From the NCBI RefSeq assembly GCF_009914755.1, contig NC_060926.1: 64,000 bases of DNA. One strand, written 5' to 3'. Of this stretch, positions 27,031-41,900 are shown one piece after another. Made by a program: the position numbers and the translations under genes. How positions within the stretch are numbered: position 1 is the stretch's first letter; each line of letters opens with the position of its first letter. The stretch comes from the human T2T-CHM13v2.0 reference genome, Homo sapiens. The notes under the pieces were generated by a model, which was not told the DNA's origin, made no database searches, and was given only the letters and a program-made list of their open reading frames with translations.

Positions 27031-29169
27031 CCTAATATCTCCCTTAGAAACCAGTGGCAATCAAATGAGTGTTAATGTGATGGGAATTTTAGAAAGGAAT
27101 ACTTTATTTTTAAATGTTGACTATTTTTATAATCAATTTTAAAACAAAAAATTTAAATCTTCTTCAAGAAACATTTAAATAATTCACCAAGAACTTTAAA
27201 AAATCTTAACTGTTAAAGGAGTATTTAGTGTTCTTCCTTTTAATAGGCCCTTATTTCAATTCTGGTGTCACCTAAAATGTCCATCTGTGCACCATATTGT
27301 CACACATTGGCATGGCTGATCCTTAGTATTCCTATTTTTTTAAAAAATTAAATTTCCATTACATGGGACAAGTAGGGGCTTCCTGTACTTATATGATCCC
27401 TGAGTCATGTTAAATCTGGGTGTTATTTAATCTTTGAGTACTTTTGACAGATTTTGATCCTGATGTTGATGCTTCTAACTTGCCTCCTGCATCTGACACT
27501 TTGCTGGTCAGAAGTATGTCTGGATCTATCAGTATACAGTCCTCACTTTATGTGTAAAGGCTGATTTCTAGGGCATCTGTAAATAATGACTCACTCATCT
27601 TCCCAATAGAATAATTTGCCTACATTAACTGAGACAGAAAAGCATTTAAGCCACTGTTTATGACCATCGATATAGAATATGAAGGAAAAAAAAGAGATAC
27701 AAGAAAAGGACAAAGACTAAACAAGGTTAAAAAAATAAAAACCTCACTGTATATTGTACTACAATCCAGAAACAGGGTGCGATAAAAAAGTCAAAACATG
27801 AACAGGGATAAAAAAGAAAGTTCTGAATTAGACATAGGTATTAATAGGATCCTGAGTCCTGTGCTTGGAATTCCAAACTCCAAAAGAAGTGTTTGTTTGT
27901 TTTATTTATTGTCTCTGTAAATTTGGCAACAAACTCATTATGTAGTAGAACCCAACCTGAACTGAAAAAAGAGCATTTTAATTTTCATTTAGCCAATTTA
28001 GTATAAATAGCCATACCTTTCACTGTAGAAATGTTAAGATACTTGTTTATGGGGAAATGTCCCAGATCTGACTGAGGATGCTATGAAGTCTAGATGTGCA
28101 GCTAATAATACTCCACTCCACTCTGAAAATGTGTGGTTCCAGGGGTTTCCACTAAGGAATTGTATGCCTGTAGACAAAAGTTAATTTGGAGGGAAATTAA
28201 GAGATCTCATACGGTTTGCCACCCACTCTTTAATTACCATCTTGCCTCTCTGTGCCCCACGTCCTTCATTTGCCTGTGAAGAGCGTGTGTGCACTCAAAG
28301 ACTTACTCCCAAGGTGTTTTATTCTTCTAGTGCTCTTTGACTTCATTAATTTTCACCTTGTAAGTTCTCCATACTTTTTGTCTTGTAGGAGACAAGTATA
28401 GTTCTCAGCTCTCTTCTACCACATGCACTGTGCATGTCAAGCATAATGAGGGTATTTAGGGGATTTATCCTCTTAGTTTCAGAGTGTCCACAAGGAAAAA
28501 AATACTGAAATTTAAAGCAATTGAAAATTGATTTAGACATAAAGTGAATAGAAGAACTTTAACTTTGTGTTTGCAAATAAGCTTGTCGTTCTCCCAAAAT
28601 CATTTGGTTTTTATTTTGGCTTTTTAATGCGTTACATAAAACCTTTTAGACCTCTGCAAGAATTGTGGTTTAGTCTAAAAGAAATACTTTATGATGTTGC
28701 CTGTGTATGATGGAAAATCAAGCTTTATTACAGATGTTGTGGTTGTGTCCCAAATTCCCGAATCAATGTCATTTTTGTTAGAAGTGGTCGATATTATTCA
28801 CACAATGAAATAATTCATTTGATTATTCCCTATATTATTCTTGTGAACATATTATGAGCCAGATTCTGTTCTTTATACTCATAAAAGTCCTACCTGACTA
28901 TAATACTTTGAATGGAATCTAATTGATGTAATTGATTCCATAAGAGTTTGTGTGTTTGTGGATGTGTATATGTGTTTTCATGTGTTCACATCTAGCTTTA
29001 GATATTTATATTAATTTATATTAGGAAGATCTTTTAAAAACTAAGTTCTTTTACATAACTATTGGTTATGTTATGTAACTATTTTACATAACAACTTTAT
29101 TTCATTGAGAGGGACTATTAATGAATAAGTGTAATAAACATTTTGGAGGACATCTTTCAAGTTAATGGA

Positions 29170-29632
29170 TGTATCAGTTATATGTCACTGCAGAGCAAAC
29201 CACCCCAAATCTTAGAGACTTAAGACAACAGAGTTCTAAGTCCTCCAGATTCTGTGGGTGGGCGATCTCGTTATTGCCTTTACTGGTTTCCCTCAATGCA
29301 GCTGCAGAGCTGAATGTTCCAGCGTGGCTGGCAGCTCTGCTGGCTAAGGTGCTTAGGTTCTTCTCCACTTGGCTGTTCATCATCCAGGAGACCGCACTGG
29401 GCTTCTACACAGCATGGTCAATTGAGATTCCCAAGAGTGTCCAAGCAGAAGCTGCAGGGCCTCTTAAAGCCTGGACACCAGAACTTACACATCGTCAGTT
29501 TCATGACTTTCCATTTTTCACACAAGTGGAAAAGACAGTCATAGAACAAAGAAGGAACACATCATATGGCAAAAGGGATCCGGACACAGGGAGATGTAAT
29601 TCAGTGGAATTCAGTTTTATGAGTATATCTCC
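29170..29632 (-). mobile_element. MLT1G/H-like MaLR LTR
   Basis: Starts tgtatcagtta...caaaccaccccaaatcttag...ttaagacaaca. Internal tgcagctgcag, ttctccacttggc, gcagaagctgcagggcctctt. Confidence 0.75.
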
Positions 29633-32272
29633 ATGGGTTTTAGAACTACTGAGACTCTAAAGGCCTTCCTCAAATGAAAAATTTCTCTCATCTGCCCATT
29701 ATTTTCCTTCAGAATGACATGTTCTCATCACAACTAATCTTCCCACACTTTACAAAATGAAGCATACTGACTGCCCATCCATCATTGCACTATGCACATT
29801 ATGCTGAGGTCTGGAACAAAGGGAACCTTCAAAATGTTGTAGGTGTACACTTCTTGGTATTATTTTTCTCCAGTACAGTTTTCTTCTAAGGACAGACTAT
29901 GATATTAGAAATAGATATTTTAGCCTATAAAATCAGATGCTCTGAATTCAGACATCTAATAGAGTGAAGAGTGATGGTAACTTTAAAAGTTTGTTGCTTC
30001 TTTCTTAACTGCCCTACTGTCAAAGAGTGTATCACTTCAAGGGGAGGGTCTTACAAAAGCCAAGCAAATAGAGCACCTGAAGGAAACACTATGGGGAAAC
30101 CACCCCATTCCTAGCTCATCACAAGGCTCCCTGCTTTTGCTATTAATCTGATCATATGTTTATATTGTTTTCATCAACTGTGTGCTAAATATAGTTATAA
30201 TGATAACTCCATCCAGAAAAACATAAATCATTATGGTCATAAAATATTATTTTTAGAATTTTTATTTACATACTTTTTTATTGCAAGAAGCAAGATTTGA
30301 TTATCAATAAAAGACTTCTAAGCATAAAAATATATTATCCCAGAATCAACTTCTTTGGGGGAAGTGGAATGAAAATTGGGTTCAAGGAGGAAAAGGAACA
30401 ATATAAAATTCCTGACTGTTAAAGAACATTCTGTGCATATTTTTTTTAAATGGATGTTGGTAAAAATCAAATCTCAATGGTATTTAGATTTCATTGGATA
30501 TATTTTAAGGAGTGGTACAGCAGTTTTATTTTTAAATGTCAATATTTACAACATGCCAGAAGTTACACTCTTTAAAAATATTTAAATTTAAGAGAAAATA
30601 TTTTGTATGCTTATGTATTATATGCTAGACGGCACATAGTTTGTCCAAATTTTTTAGGTTGTGTGAGTACGAGAAAAAGTGGGGGGAACCACTGATATAG
30701 AGAGCCCTCTAACTCATGGTAATGGACTTCAGGAAAAAACTAGTGTCCCTTTGATTATCTGAAAGAGACTGATCAGGCCCTCAGATGCAGTCAGGATACC
30801 ACTGATTACACAGGGCTTAAGCCAGATTAGTAATCACCAGTCACACTGAACTGCATAAGAAGCCCCACGTCTAGAACTATTTAGCATAATAGCATCACAA
30901 TGAAAAGAAGGCTAGCATTTGGGCTTTTCTCAGCTACCATTTAGATGTGATCCAAGGAAATTAACAGTTAACATTTTGGCAGTCATGAAATACTTTAAGG
31001 ATCAAACCAAAAAATGTTGATACTCTCACAACTTATACTACCCTTGGTCCACCTCCCACATCAAAGTACAGAACATTCACACACCAAGGTGTGCATATAA
31101 TTTCAGGGCTGCCTGGACATGATGCCCAAGCTTTCATTAATCAAGTTTAAGAACATCAGCTTTAAATGTAAATAACGTCTCATCATCCACCTGCTTTGAA
31201 AGCCCTGTAACACTGTACATAACTAATACGTAGAATTCAGCAAATATTTGTTGATGACAGCAGCTGATATTTGCCTTCCTTGACACTGCTTTTTGATATT
31301 CATTTTCAAGCAGCCTCAATTCAACATGAAAAAAAAAATCATTTTGGAAGGGGGTGAATTCACACAACCCACTTTCAACATAGTTCTCAAAGCATTTTGT
31401 AATAGACCAGCCTGACTGAGGCAACACCTAGCAGGCTGAAGCCTGTTCCATTTTGAACACACCAAGAACAGATTCTTGCTTTCATGCTTCAAAATATTCT
31501 TGTCTCAACTCCAGATCAGCCTTTCCATGAAGCATTCATTTTCTGTGATTTCTTATTTCACATATTCTACTTTGAAATAATTTAACATCATAACACTCAA
31601 ACATAAGACAATATAAGAAAGAAAATAACTTGTATGGTTCTGTGAAGTTTCCTTCTGCCCCCATGCTTGTTTAATCTCAGGGGGCACCTCTATTCTAGTG
31701 TTTTATCTGCTAAAACCCTAATCTTAATTTTGACTATGGGAGATGCTAGTTAGAAAAGCTCATCCCTATCGATGAGAAGAAGAAAAGTTTCATATGAATT
31801 ATAGATTTGTGAATATAAGCATTTAAGTTTCCAATAGTAAAAACACATAAATTAGTCTAAACGCTATATCTTTCTTAATTTGAATGTCCTTAGCACCATT
31901 GGTTATACAACTAATGTGAAAACAGCATATTTTATGCAGTATATACAAATCAAATTTTTTAATGTTTTATAGCTTTATTTTCACCTGCAGATGTTCAGAC
32001 TTATTCAACTTCATTCAAAAATAGTATTTTTAGAGCAGACTACACAATCTCTTAAAATCACTGTGCTTCCACCTAAGAAAAGGTTGACTGGCCTGTCACT
32101 TGTACCCATTTGTTAGAGAAAGTTCCAGAACTTCACACTTACACTACAAGTAAAAGTTGAATTTAACCTATTTGTTGACATAGTTACAATTATACTTCAT
32201 TTATTTTGGTTGCTAACCTAAGAAAATAAAAGCTAAGCTGGGTTGACTGCTGTAGAAATACAAACCTATGTG

Positions 32273-32483
32273 ATAGCAATGGCTAACATTTATTCATTAT
32301 TCAACATATGCCAGGCACTGGTTTAAGGTCTGGTATCTTGTTAAATCTTCATAACAACCTACAAGGTGGGCACTATTACCTGTATTTCACAGATACAAAG
32401 ACTGAGGCCCAGGGAGTGTAACATCCCAAACCACACAGTAAGAGATGGAATCAAGTCTCAAATGCCCATGTTCTGGCTCTAGA
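32273..32483 (-). mobile_element. MIR SINE
   Basis: gctaacatttatt...tatgccaggcactg...aatcttcataacaacc...tttcacagat...actgaggcccag. Confidence 0.85.
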
Positions 32484-32489
32484 CCAGTT

Positions 32490-32648
32490 GGTATTTAAAT
32501 ATAACTATAGAGCAATTAAAATTAAAGAAAATTAAAAACGAAGTTTCTCTGTCACAAGCCAAATGTCATGTGGCTAGTGGCTACCATATTGGACATGACA
32601 GACATAAAATATTTGCATAATCATAGAAACTTCTATTGGATGGTGCTG
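32490..32648. mobile_element. MER3/MER33-type hAT-Charlie DNA transposon fragment
   Basis: catgtggctagtggctaccatattggaca...atcatagaaacttctattggatggtgctg. Confidence 0.8.
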
Positions 32649-33899
32649 TACTAGATCACTCTGCCTTACCAATTACTAGGAAAAAAAAATTAGATTACAG
32701 GTTTTTGTTTTAAATCACGGATGACTTTAATCTGTAAATGACATCCACATGTTAAATTTGCTGATTTTTCTCCCTTATTGACTACAACTAATATTTTGTT
32801 ATAACTAGCCATTCATTATGCAGGCAAAAAGTTTTCATTGAGAAAATCTAAGTGGCAACGATCACATCCTATACACAGACACTAAATAATGCTTGAAACA
32901 TCAAGAAAACGGGCTGAAACGATGAACCAAATTAAAAATGTTTCATCTCCTGGCTCAAAAGGGAAAGATGGCTTATAAGAAAGCATGAAAGGATTATAAA
33001 ATTAAAATTAAAACGTAAGACAATTAAAATTTCTGCTGACGTACCTCTTAATGCTTAAATAGCAATTGGAACATTGGTGATATTGGCCATAAATACCACA
33101 GTCCCAAGTCAAAAACATAAAATTGACATTACATATACTTAAGTTAAAGTGGAAATTTGAGGGATAAATTTTGAAGCCTAGTACATGGCAATAAAAAAAT
33201 CTGTATAGCAAATTGGGAGTTAACAATAATTTTAAAGTAGGCTTTATTTGATAAAAAATTGCACCATCAATTTCATTTAAATAGCAGTCTCAGGAGGAAT
33301 TAGAACGTTCTATAGTTGAAACGCAGCATTGACAAGTAAAGGGGAAAAAGGCAACTTTACTTTCCCTTAATAATACCAAAATATGTGTTAAAATAAAGTA
33401 AGTGAGCTAAGATTTTCAAAGGCAATTTGATTTCTATGTGGGGTTGTCATGCAATACTACATGCTGTTAGAGAAACTTACTCTTGGTACAACTTGGCTAA
33501 TACTAATCTACCTTCAGAATCCTCGTTTTAAATCCAAGTTAACAGTTTCACAGGTTCTTTTTTAGTATATATTATGACTTACAATGTGTAAAATCCTTCC
33601 AAATAATGTTGGCCTAAAGTGCCTGCTAAATCCACTTCCATTTGGGTTAAAAGACTTTTGAATGGGCATTAATGTTGGTGCTGGCAGGACAGACAGCACT
33701 TTCTTCCTCATTCCAATAATGAACATTCTGTGGGCCTCTTGCTGTTTAGAGCGCTTGCAAAATAGAAATGTGTCCTGTTGTCTACTAGACATTTTAATAA
33801 AATTTCTCGAAAAATAAAGAGGAAAAGCTCAAGTAGTGACTACAGGATGCCAATTGTTAAGATTTTGTGTCTGTAGTCATCTCTGGTCTTGCTTTCTTC

Positions 33900-34090
33900 T
33901 GTCTGCCCTCTCTCGAGTGTGCACGGCAGCTGCAGCCCCAGTTCATACTGGAGCCTCCGGCCAGTGTTTGAGGAGTTATTTATAACCACCTCTGCTAGAC
34001 TCGGTCTAGGTCAGACAAGAGAGTGTTGAAGACCAAGGGAACCTGTAAGACTCGGCTGCTACTGTGAGTCCTCAGGGATTTACATCGAGT
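33900..34090. promoter_or_regulatory. Candidate regulatory element (E-box plus MEF2/TATA-like site)
   Basis: CAGCTG at 33927-33932. TTATTTATAA at 33976-33985 fits YTAWWWWTAR. Local CpG cluster. Motif evidence only. Confidence 0.3.
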
Positions 34091-35949
34091 ACCTTTTGTC
34101 GTTGCTGTTGTTTTAAAAATGTCAGGAGAGCAAAATTTAGCATGTGGAGTTCTATTATAATCTGAAATACTTATATCATCAAAAGTAAAAGTTCAAAGGG
34201 ATCGTGATGTCTCCCTGCTGACTTCCAAAGGCAAACGTTTAAGGGAAACAACAATACAATGAAAATTACCAAATTATGAAATTAAAAACATAAAGTAAGG
34301 GGTGTATACATGTAGACTTAGTGATATTTTTAATATCTGAAAGCTGATATTTTAAGTAATTTTTTAGGAAGAAAGATAGAAGTCTCCATTTCTTGAAACC
34401 TTAGCCTAAGTCTTTTCTATGTTTGTTTGAAATTTTTGCCAAGTTTCCTTACAAAGTATAAATATATAAAAGCATGACATAAAGAGCTAATGGTATCCAG
34501 GTCTCCAATTAAAATCCCCAACTACCAGGAACAAATATTGCATCTTCTCAGGGTAAATTAATGTTTAGTAAATTCGGACTTTTGCATGTTTATATAATTA
34601 TACTTGAGACATAGTTGGAACAATAATAGGACATTATTTAATTTGTACCTCTGAATGTCATGACCAAATGTTAAAAATAAACATCTTGTACTTGCATACA
34701 CCAAAATAATGTAACTGGACAAATCTCATAATTTATGATGTTAATTTTATCTTCAATATTCCTGGTACAGTAAAATTAAGATCACTGAATAAACTGATAA
34801 TTTCATCAGATTTATGTCAAATATTTAATTTATTTGTATTTTTAAGTTGTGTTCAAGGGAAATTAGAAAATATTTTTAAATTCATATTTACTCCAAAATT
34901 TTAAAGCTTATAAATTCAGACAGTCTCACTTGAGTCCCCAAATATCTTAATTTGCTTTGAAGAGAAAGTATTTTTTCTTTCATTCATATAATTCAAAACA
35001 GCTAAACAGATTCTACTTCAACAATTTAAATGATTCACATGTGAGAACAAATATGGAAAATCTAAGCCCCAAACAAAATTGCAGACTTAAATTATAATGA
35101 TAATTTAAAATGTGTGTAATATAATTATAGTATAGGGTCTGCTATAATGAGCTCGGCGATACTATATCTATATCAAATGTGTTAGGACCGCGATATTAGA
35201 TATGCCTTTCTCTGAGCATTTTTTTACACATTTCTGAATTACGATACCTGTGCCAGAATCAGTCTACTGTATCAAGGATTTTTTGGATGGAGAAATGAAT
35301 TTTTTAAATTGTCAAAACATGATAGAGCAAACTTTCATTTTCTACATAGAATCTACTAAAATATGAATATCAACTATGTATGAATTTTAAATGTATAAAG
35401 ATAGTATGTACTCATTTTGAAAATATCTCTGTAAGAAAGTTGATACATAAATTGATAATTCAGATTGAATAATTTTATATAATGAAAGTAAATTAGAAAC
35501 TTTTTTTACAAATATAAATTAATAATCATCTGTTCTTCCACGTAAATGCTTAATTTTTTCCATATAAATACTTTTCTTTTAGACATAAAAATATGTCATA
35601 CTAAAATGCAGACCCTCTTATGGCACTTATATGTTTTTTGAATATTAAACTAATACTCTATTGTTGAATTGACAAATATACATCATTACTGCATATAAAA
35701 GTTTAGTGTAGTAACAGAAAACTATTATGCACACAGACAATTGTGTTTACAGTGAGTAGTTCTATGACAAAACAAAATTATCCTATTTGTTAATTGAAAG
35801 GGAAATACAGTTTAGATTAAAAAGTCATTGATTCCAGGTTGAGGCAGGAAGGCAATGCAGAATTATTGTCTTGAACAGTCATGGGCAATGTACTGTGGAT
35901 TCAAGAAACAAAAAAGGGCTTAATATTCAACTGCACATATCCAAATAGT

Positions 35950-36020
35950 CATTCATTCATCCATCCATTCATTAGTCAGTCCATCCATCCATCCATCCAT
36001 GCATCCATCCATCCATCCAT
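35950..36020. repeat. (CATT/CATC)n tetranucleotide array, probably an expanded L2 tail
   Basis: cattcattcatccatccattc...ccatccatccatccat. Confidence 0.85.
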
Positions 36021-36216
36021 CCCTCAGTCCATAACCTTTCATTTAACCAAAGAACAAATTAATAATATCAATGCATAAAATATTGTATCTGTGCCAAGAT
36101 AGTACTGAAGAATACATAATGAGCATATAGCTTATCCTTCTACTGGGGAGACATACATATAATTAATTAACATATAAAATACAATTAATTAAAATATACA
36201 ATCAAACTCTGGTGAG

Positions 36217-36250
<34 letters not shown>

Positions 36251-36650
36251 ATATATATATATCCCTATGGTGACACATAAAAAGGTGTGATAAATTCAAA
36301 ATTGGGAAGAAGAGTGGGTTTTTTATAGGAAGGTAGAGCTGAGTCTTGGTGGACAAGTTTGGTGCCTTTAGTAACAGGAAGCTCCAGAGGTTACTGCGTC
36401 ATTTCATCACTTCCAAGCACAGATTAAACACATAGCTGGGGTTCCATAAATGTTGACTGCATAAATGAAGAGAGAGAAAACTGTCTAGGCTGAGAGAATA
36501 GCATGAGCAGGTGGAGAAACAGAGAAATACCCTGTGGCTTTCAGAAGGAGTTACAGGTGTGGCTGGTGTATGTGGTAAGTGGAGAGGTATAGTGGGAAAC
36601 GAAGCCCCAGACACAGGGGAGAGCCAGCTGGTGAATCATATGGAAATTAT
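36021..36650 (-). mobile_element. L2 fragment
   Basis: Follows the CATT/CATC tail. tgtgccaag, ttctactggggagac and ggaaggtagagctgagtcttg, then a purine-rich L2-like body. Confidence 0.5.
36217..36262. repeat. Compound STR (ATCT)8(AT)7
   Basis: Read directly from the sequence. Confidence 0.95.
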
Positions 36651-38772
36651 GAAAACTGATGAGATAGCATCTCCCCTGCTTTGAACTCTGTTGAAAAAGG
36701 TAAAATTATGTTTGGACACTGATCCATGAATCAATAAAAACAGCAGAAAGATCAGTGCAAAGACAGAAGAACGAGGTCTTGAAATGATGCATATTTTACA
36801 ATATCTTGTCTTTCCAGTTCAAAGAAATCTTCATTTTTCAGAAATCAGAGTTGGACAGAAATAAACTGACCCCAGGGGAGTGATATTTTTCCTGTAGTTA
36901 GTAGCCTTTTAATAATGACTAGTTTCTGAATAAACAACCTGCATAAATAGGTCTCTATCTCTAGATCTATATAATTTGCTACTCCTGTCAGCGTGGGAAG
37001 TCACTCCCTCTTCAGCAGAAGCCTGCCAGGCCTGGACGCCAGGTGTGTACCTTGACTGATGAGGGGGCCGTAACCTGCTGACCCCACCCCCACCCCTGGT
37101 TTCCAGGCTGCCTTTTATCCGGAGCCCTCACTTCATTTTCACTCACTCTCTCTAAAAACACCAAGAAACCCTGGGCCCATCATCAGCTGTCTACTGTCCC
37201 CAAGTCCCAGCTGGTGTGGACTTCCTGGCTTACTCCTTCTTGTGCCTCTTGACCCTGATTTTGGATTCTGATTCAAGTTTAGGTAACTCCTCCTCTCTAG
37301 TTGCTGATTGTGGCTGGATTTTGGAACTACCTGTCACCTTTCATTTACCTTTATCAGAAATCCTGAATTAGGCTTTCTGACATTGCCTCCCTACCTGGGA
37401 TTCTGACACTAAATCTAGACTTGAAAAGCTTCCGGGTTTTATTTATGTTTTTATTTGTTTGGGTCTTGTACGGCATCAGCCTTTATCCTAATAAAGATAA
37501 TCCCCGATTTCTAACAATTCACATGCCGAACAAAGACGTGCATACTGCAGAGCTCTGCCACGTGTAACTTTAATGCACACGCCGTGCTAGGTGCAAATTG
37601 GCACATTGGGTTCCTAAGGACGGCCCGTCTGTCAGCAGGCAAGCAGGCCCTGCTAGAGTGCCCAGAGAAGCTTGAGGTGGGTTTTCAAAAATGCATTCTA
37701 AATCAAAGCAAGTGCATGTAAAACAGAGTACCTTTTCAAATATTTTAATACAATGATATTTTGAAATTTTTTACAAAGAATCTTGAGTGAATGCAGATTC
37801 TTTTTCTAGCCTATCTCCCTGCAATTTTGGATTGTACGAGTTAGAATGTAGTTATGTATAAATATAAGCATAGAACACTCCTTCACAGCAGAAAATTCTT
37901 CCTAAGAGCCTGCTGCTGCTTGTGGTGAGAAATATGTGAAATAACTCTTTTACAAAGTAATAGAAGTTTTAAGTCAAATTATGCTAATTTTTTCATAAAT
38001 AGACACAAATTCAGGGGTGTAATAAGATGCAGTATGAATCATGCCCAATCTTCTAGACTGCCCTTATGGGAGAAAAAAAATATTTTTCTAGTTAGAAGAC
38101 AGAAAAAAAAATGATATGTTAAGCTATTTCCCAAATGCCTGTTGACTCATTAATACATATTTAAGAAATACCTCCACCAATAAAATCACCTATCTTGGAC
38201 TTTCCTAGGAGTTTCAAAAAAATTAATTTAACATACTTTCAGTAGTGTAAGAATATTTCTTTTGGCACAGCCATTGCATTCTGTGGACACAATGGCCTTT
38301 TACGTAAAATAGACCATATAGAGCAGTTAATTTTATAACTTTGTTCAGAGTTTTGCAGGGATTATGTGACGTTTCAGCAGTATGGATACATTTTTTTCAT
38401 AAATATCAGTTCTCCATAGTCCACTAACTGCTGCTGCAGTGTCTTTAAATGTCAAATGACTTTTATCGCTCTTCCAAAATATTTAAAAAGGATTTTTGTT
38501 TGTTTGTTTACATCAAACTCTTACTTCTATCCTAGAGACAGTTTTAAAGTTTCTCAATGCTGATCTATCCCATTACCACAATTACCACCACCTCTACCAC
38601 CGTAATACCACATGCAATCACAATCGACTTGCTGGAAAAAAAGGGTAATTAAATCCTGAAATAAACCAAAGGAATATAAATTATATATGCAACAAAATCT
38701 ATAGCAAGTGTTCATCAAATTGGCTATAATCTCCTTTCCCTTAATATTATATGTGTGCTGAGAGTCTGTCTA

Positions 38773-38960
38773 CCTTCCCTCCTTCCTTCCTTTTACTTTC
38801 CCTTCCTTCCTTCCTTCCTCTTTCCTTCCCTTCTTTCCTTCCTCCCTTCTCTTCCCCGCTTTCTTTCTGCTTTCCTTCATTCGTTTCATTTTTGGGGGTT
38901 TGTTTCTTTTGTTTCTTCTTTCATTTTATCATTGTATTTCTTTCTTTCTTTCTCTTTTAT
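38773..38960. repeat. (CCTT)n / TTTC-rich polypyrimidine tract
   Basis: ccttccctccttccttcc...ttcccttccttccttccttcctc...tttctttctttctc. Confidence 0.9.
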
Positions 38961-41900
38961 TTATATTTTGCACCTTGTGTCCTTAGCTTCCTAGTCTGGG
39001 CTCCTTCTGTTTCTTCAAATGCAGGCTCTGCGTATACATAGCACAGAACCTGCTTTCTTCCGGCCACAATTTGAGGGAAGAGATGACAAACATAGGAAAA
39101 GTCAGTGGAAAAGATGGTTGAGATAGTTCGTTTCACCCTTGTATTCTGTCCTGCTATTTTGGTGATGTTTGTTATTTAGTGTGATGAGAGTTCTGTGCTG
39201 TTGCTAAAACTTACAGAGGGCCAATAGGCAGAAGTAGCTGCTATGTCTGTTCTTGGAAGTTCTTGAAAATCAAAAGGAAAACATTAACAATTCTTTTGGG
39301 ATCCATATCTTGTGTTTTACTGAGGTGTCCTAAGGAGTCATCTCTCTGCATATTTTTATAGGAAGCTCTCCAGTGGTGCCTTCTGTCTGTCTCATGTCTG
39401 TCTGGTGGAAACTGGTGCCTGAGGCCATGACACAAGTACTAACTTTTCCTTCCTCCACATCCTCTGAGTCTCCCTGTCTTTTCAAGGCCTAACCTGCTGA
39501 ACTTAAGCACCCTTACCATGGGTACAACTGTGGGCCGCTTCCTGGCCAAACTATCCTGGCTCGTGAACTTATGTAGACAAATTCACAATGTTCTTAGGTT
39601 ATGATTTATGATTTGTTTTTGAAATTGCAAAATCACTTTGATGTGAACTGCTGTTCTCCGAAACCATTCCAGATGTTTTTAAAACTCCAGAATTATCAAA
39701 CAAAAATAAAACGTAGTAATAATAATAGCTAATATTACGGAAAGAGAGCTCATCAGTAATTTAGGCTTGGCAAAGTATCTTGGCCTGGTTTGTGAATTTT
39801 TTTGGTTGGGCAAAATTCGTTTGGCCAAGCGTTTCCCTCTTAATTTTTAGGCCCCTGAGTATTACAGAGGAAACTTAATCCATATGTTTCTGGTTCACTG
39901 CCTCTTAAATCGTCAAAATGTTGTTTTCCAAAAGCTTTTTAGTGTTAAAAGAATTTATCGGACACTACACAAGTTCTCGAAAGTGTTTTTTACCTCAACT
40001 GGTAGATCCCAGTGGACATGAACTCAAATTCTTAGAGTTTGGTTCTAAATTTAACATCAACAAAGCTTGACTGGGGACCAAAGCAGCCCGACAGCAGTTA
40101 GTGCTTTGAAAAGTACGACATTATTGGAAGAACACATGTGTTGAATGGAATGTACAAGTAAAAGCACACCAAAAAGCAAAGTTTGAGGGATGGATGGCAA
40201 GCCTTCCAAGGAATGACTGTTGTGTAAATTTCTATTTGATGAGCATTCCTTTACATTCTAATTTTCCAGCCACTTCTCCCCAGGCCCTTCAGCTGTATTA
40301 TATCCTGGGTAATTCCGTTTCCTATACAAAAAAGCAATTTTTTTTTTAAAGTAAGTATTCTGATAATCTTGTCAGAGTGAAAAGGATAAAGAAAAAGACA
40401 TAAGAACTTATTGTTTAGAATGCATCTTGTAATTTCCATAATTCACTACAAAAAATCATTCCCTGCCAGTTTATTTGATTTAACATCATCCAAAGTGTAA
40501 GGTTACATGGAATAAATAGCTAATTGGGTTAATTTAATAGCAGGTTAAATCTTTCTTTTATTTTGTCTAAAAGGCACATTAAAATAGTGCAATTTTCAAG
40601 TGGTCTTGGAAATCTAAAGTAGATTTTCTTGATAAAAAAAATTTATATAGCTTTCCCACTGCTGAGTTTATAGTGGGAGTTGCTGGCAAGCTTCCAGTTC
40701 ACCGCATGAAAATCTAAGCTGCCTGTATAAGTGCAGAATTTAGTGTTGGGTCTTAAGGTTTTGTTTGGCATCTTGCCAAAGATGTTATGCATTTAGCTGG
40801 GAAAATTGCCTAGAAGTTAATTGAGAGGAAAACACTAATATACAACCTCCCCCCCTTAAGAAAAAAAAAAGCTACAGATATGCATATGGTGCTGTTCATT
40901 GATAAGATTTGTATGTATACAATAAAGACTTATAGTAAAGTTGCTTAGAATGGATTTTCACTGATTATCCACCCACCATATATCTGCGCCTTTGAGAATG
41001 CTGGTAGTTTCTCCAGGATCAGGATTTCTTCATCACAGTGCCTGCTCGGTAGAGGTACGAGATCACTGAAGTTCCTTTAAAAATGTTACTGACTAAAGGA
41101 TAGTTGATGATTCAGGAATTCGGAAGAGGATATATATTAATTTAATTTCATAATCAAATATCTTAAAAGGGACACTTTGGTGCAGGATCTCAGTGTCTTC
41201 TCTCCAGAGAAGATAGGTGGAATTTGCTCTGTACTCTCCTATAAAAGCACACTTGAGCCTCCACTGAACTTCTCTTTTCCCCCGAGAACCACCAGTGCCT
41301 GGGTAAGCTCTCAGGCTTGGTCTCCTCAGGGCTGAAGCAGCACTTCTTGTTCAGAAATTCATGACTTTTTAATTTTATCAATAGTCCTTTTTACCTGAAT
41401 TTTGCATTTCCTGACCCTGGCAGCTAACTTGTATTTTCTTCTCTCCTGAATTTTCTCTCTAGTGCGATAAATACACCTCTCCTCTTTAGTCTGTGACCTT
41501 TTCCCTTCTGTGGAATGCCTCCCCGCCAACTTTGTTTTGTTTTTTATTTTTCTTTTCTGATCAATAATCACGACAGAGACCCACCAGAATCACCAAAGAA
41601 TTAACTGCGTGTATGTCCCACTTCAAAATGAAAGTAAAGAAAGCCGGTCGTATATTTTTGTTCATTGGATTTAGATTAAAATTTATCTGGGAGAACCCAC
41701 TCACACAGTCATGCCCAGTAGTAATTAAATCACAGTTCCCCATACTTTCCATTCCTCCGCAACCCCCTCCTTTCTTAGAGATGCCTTAAGCCTTGGATAG
41801 AAAAATAACACTTCCCCAAAATCCAGTCCAGCCTGAAGCTGGAAAGCCTTGCTCTTCAATGACAAAGCTCGCAGTAAGTGGGCTTCTTGGTCACTTTCAG

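Noticed and set aside
35127-35167. Short inverted repeat around a CpG-containing spacer (tagtat...atacta)
   Set aside because: The stem is short and AT-only, compatible with chance or an unassignable DNA-transposon relic.
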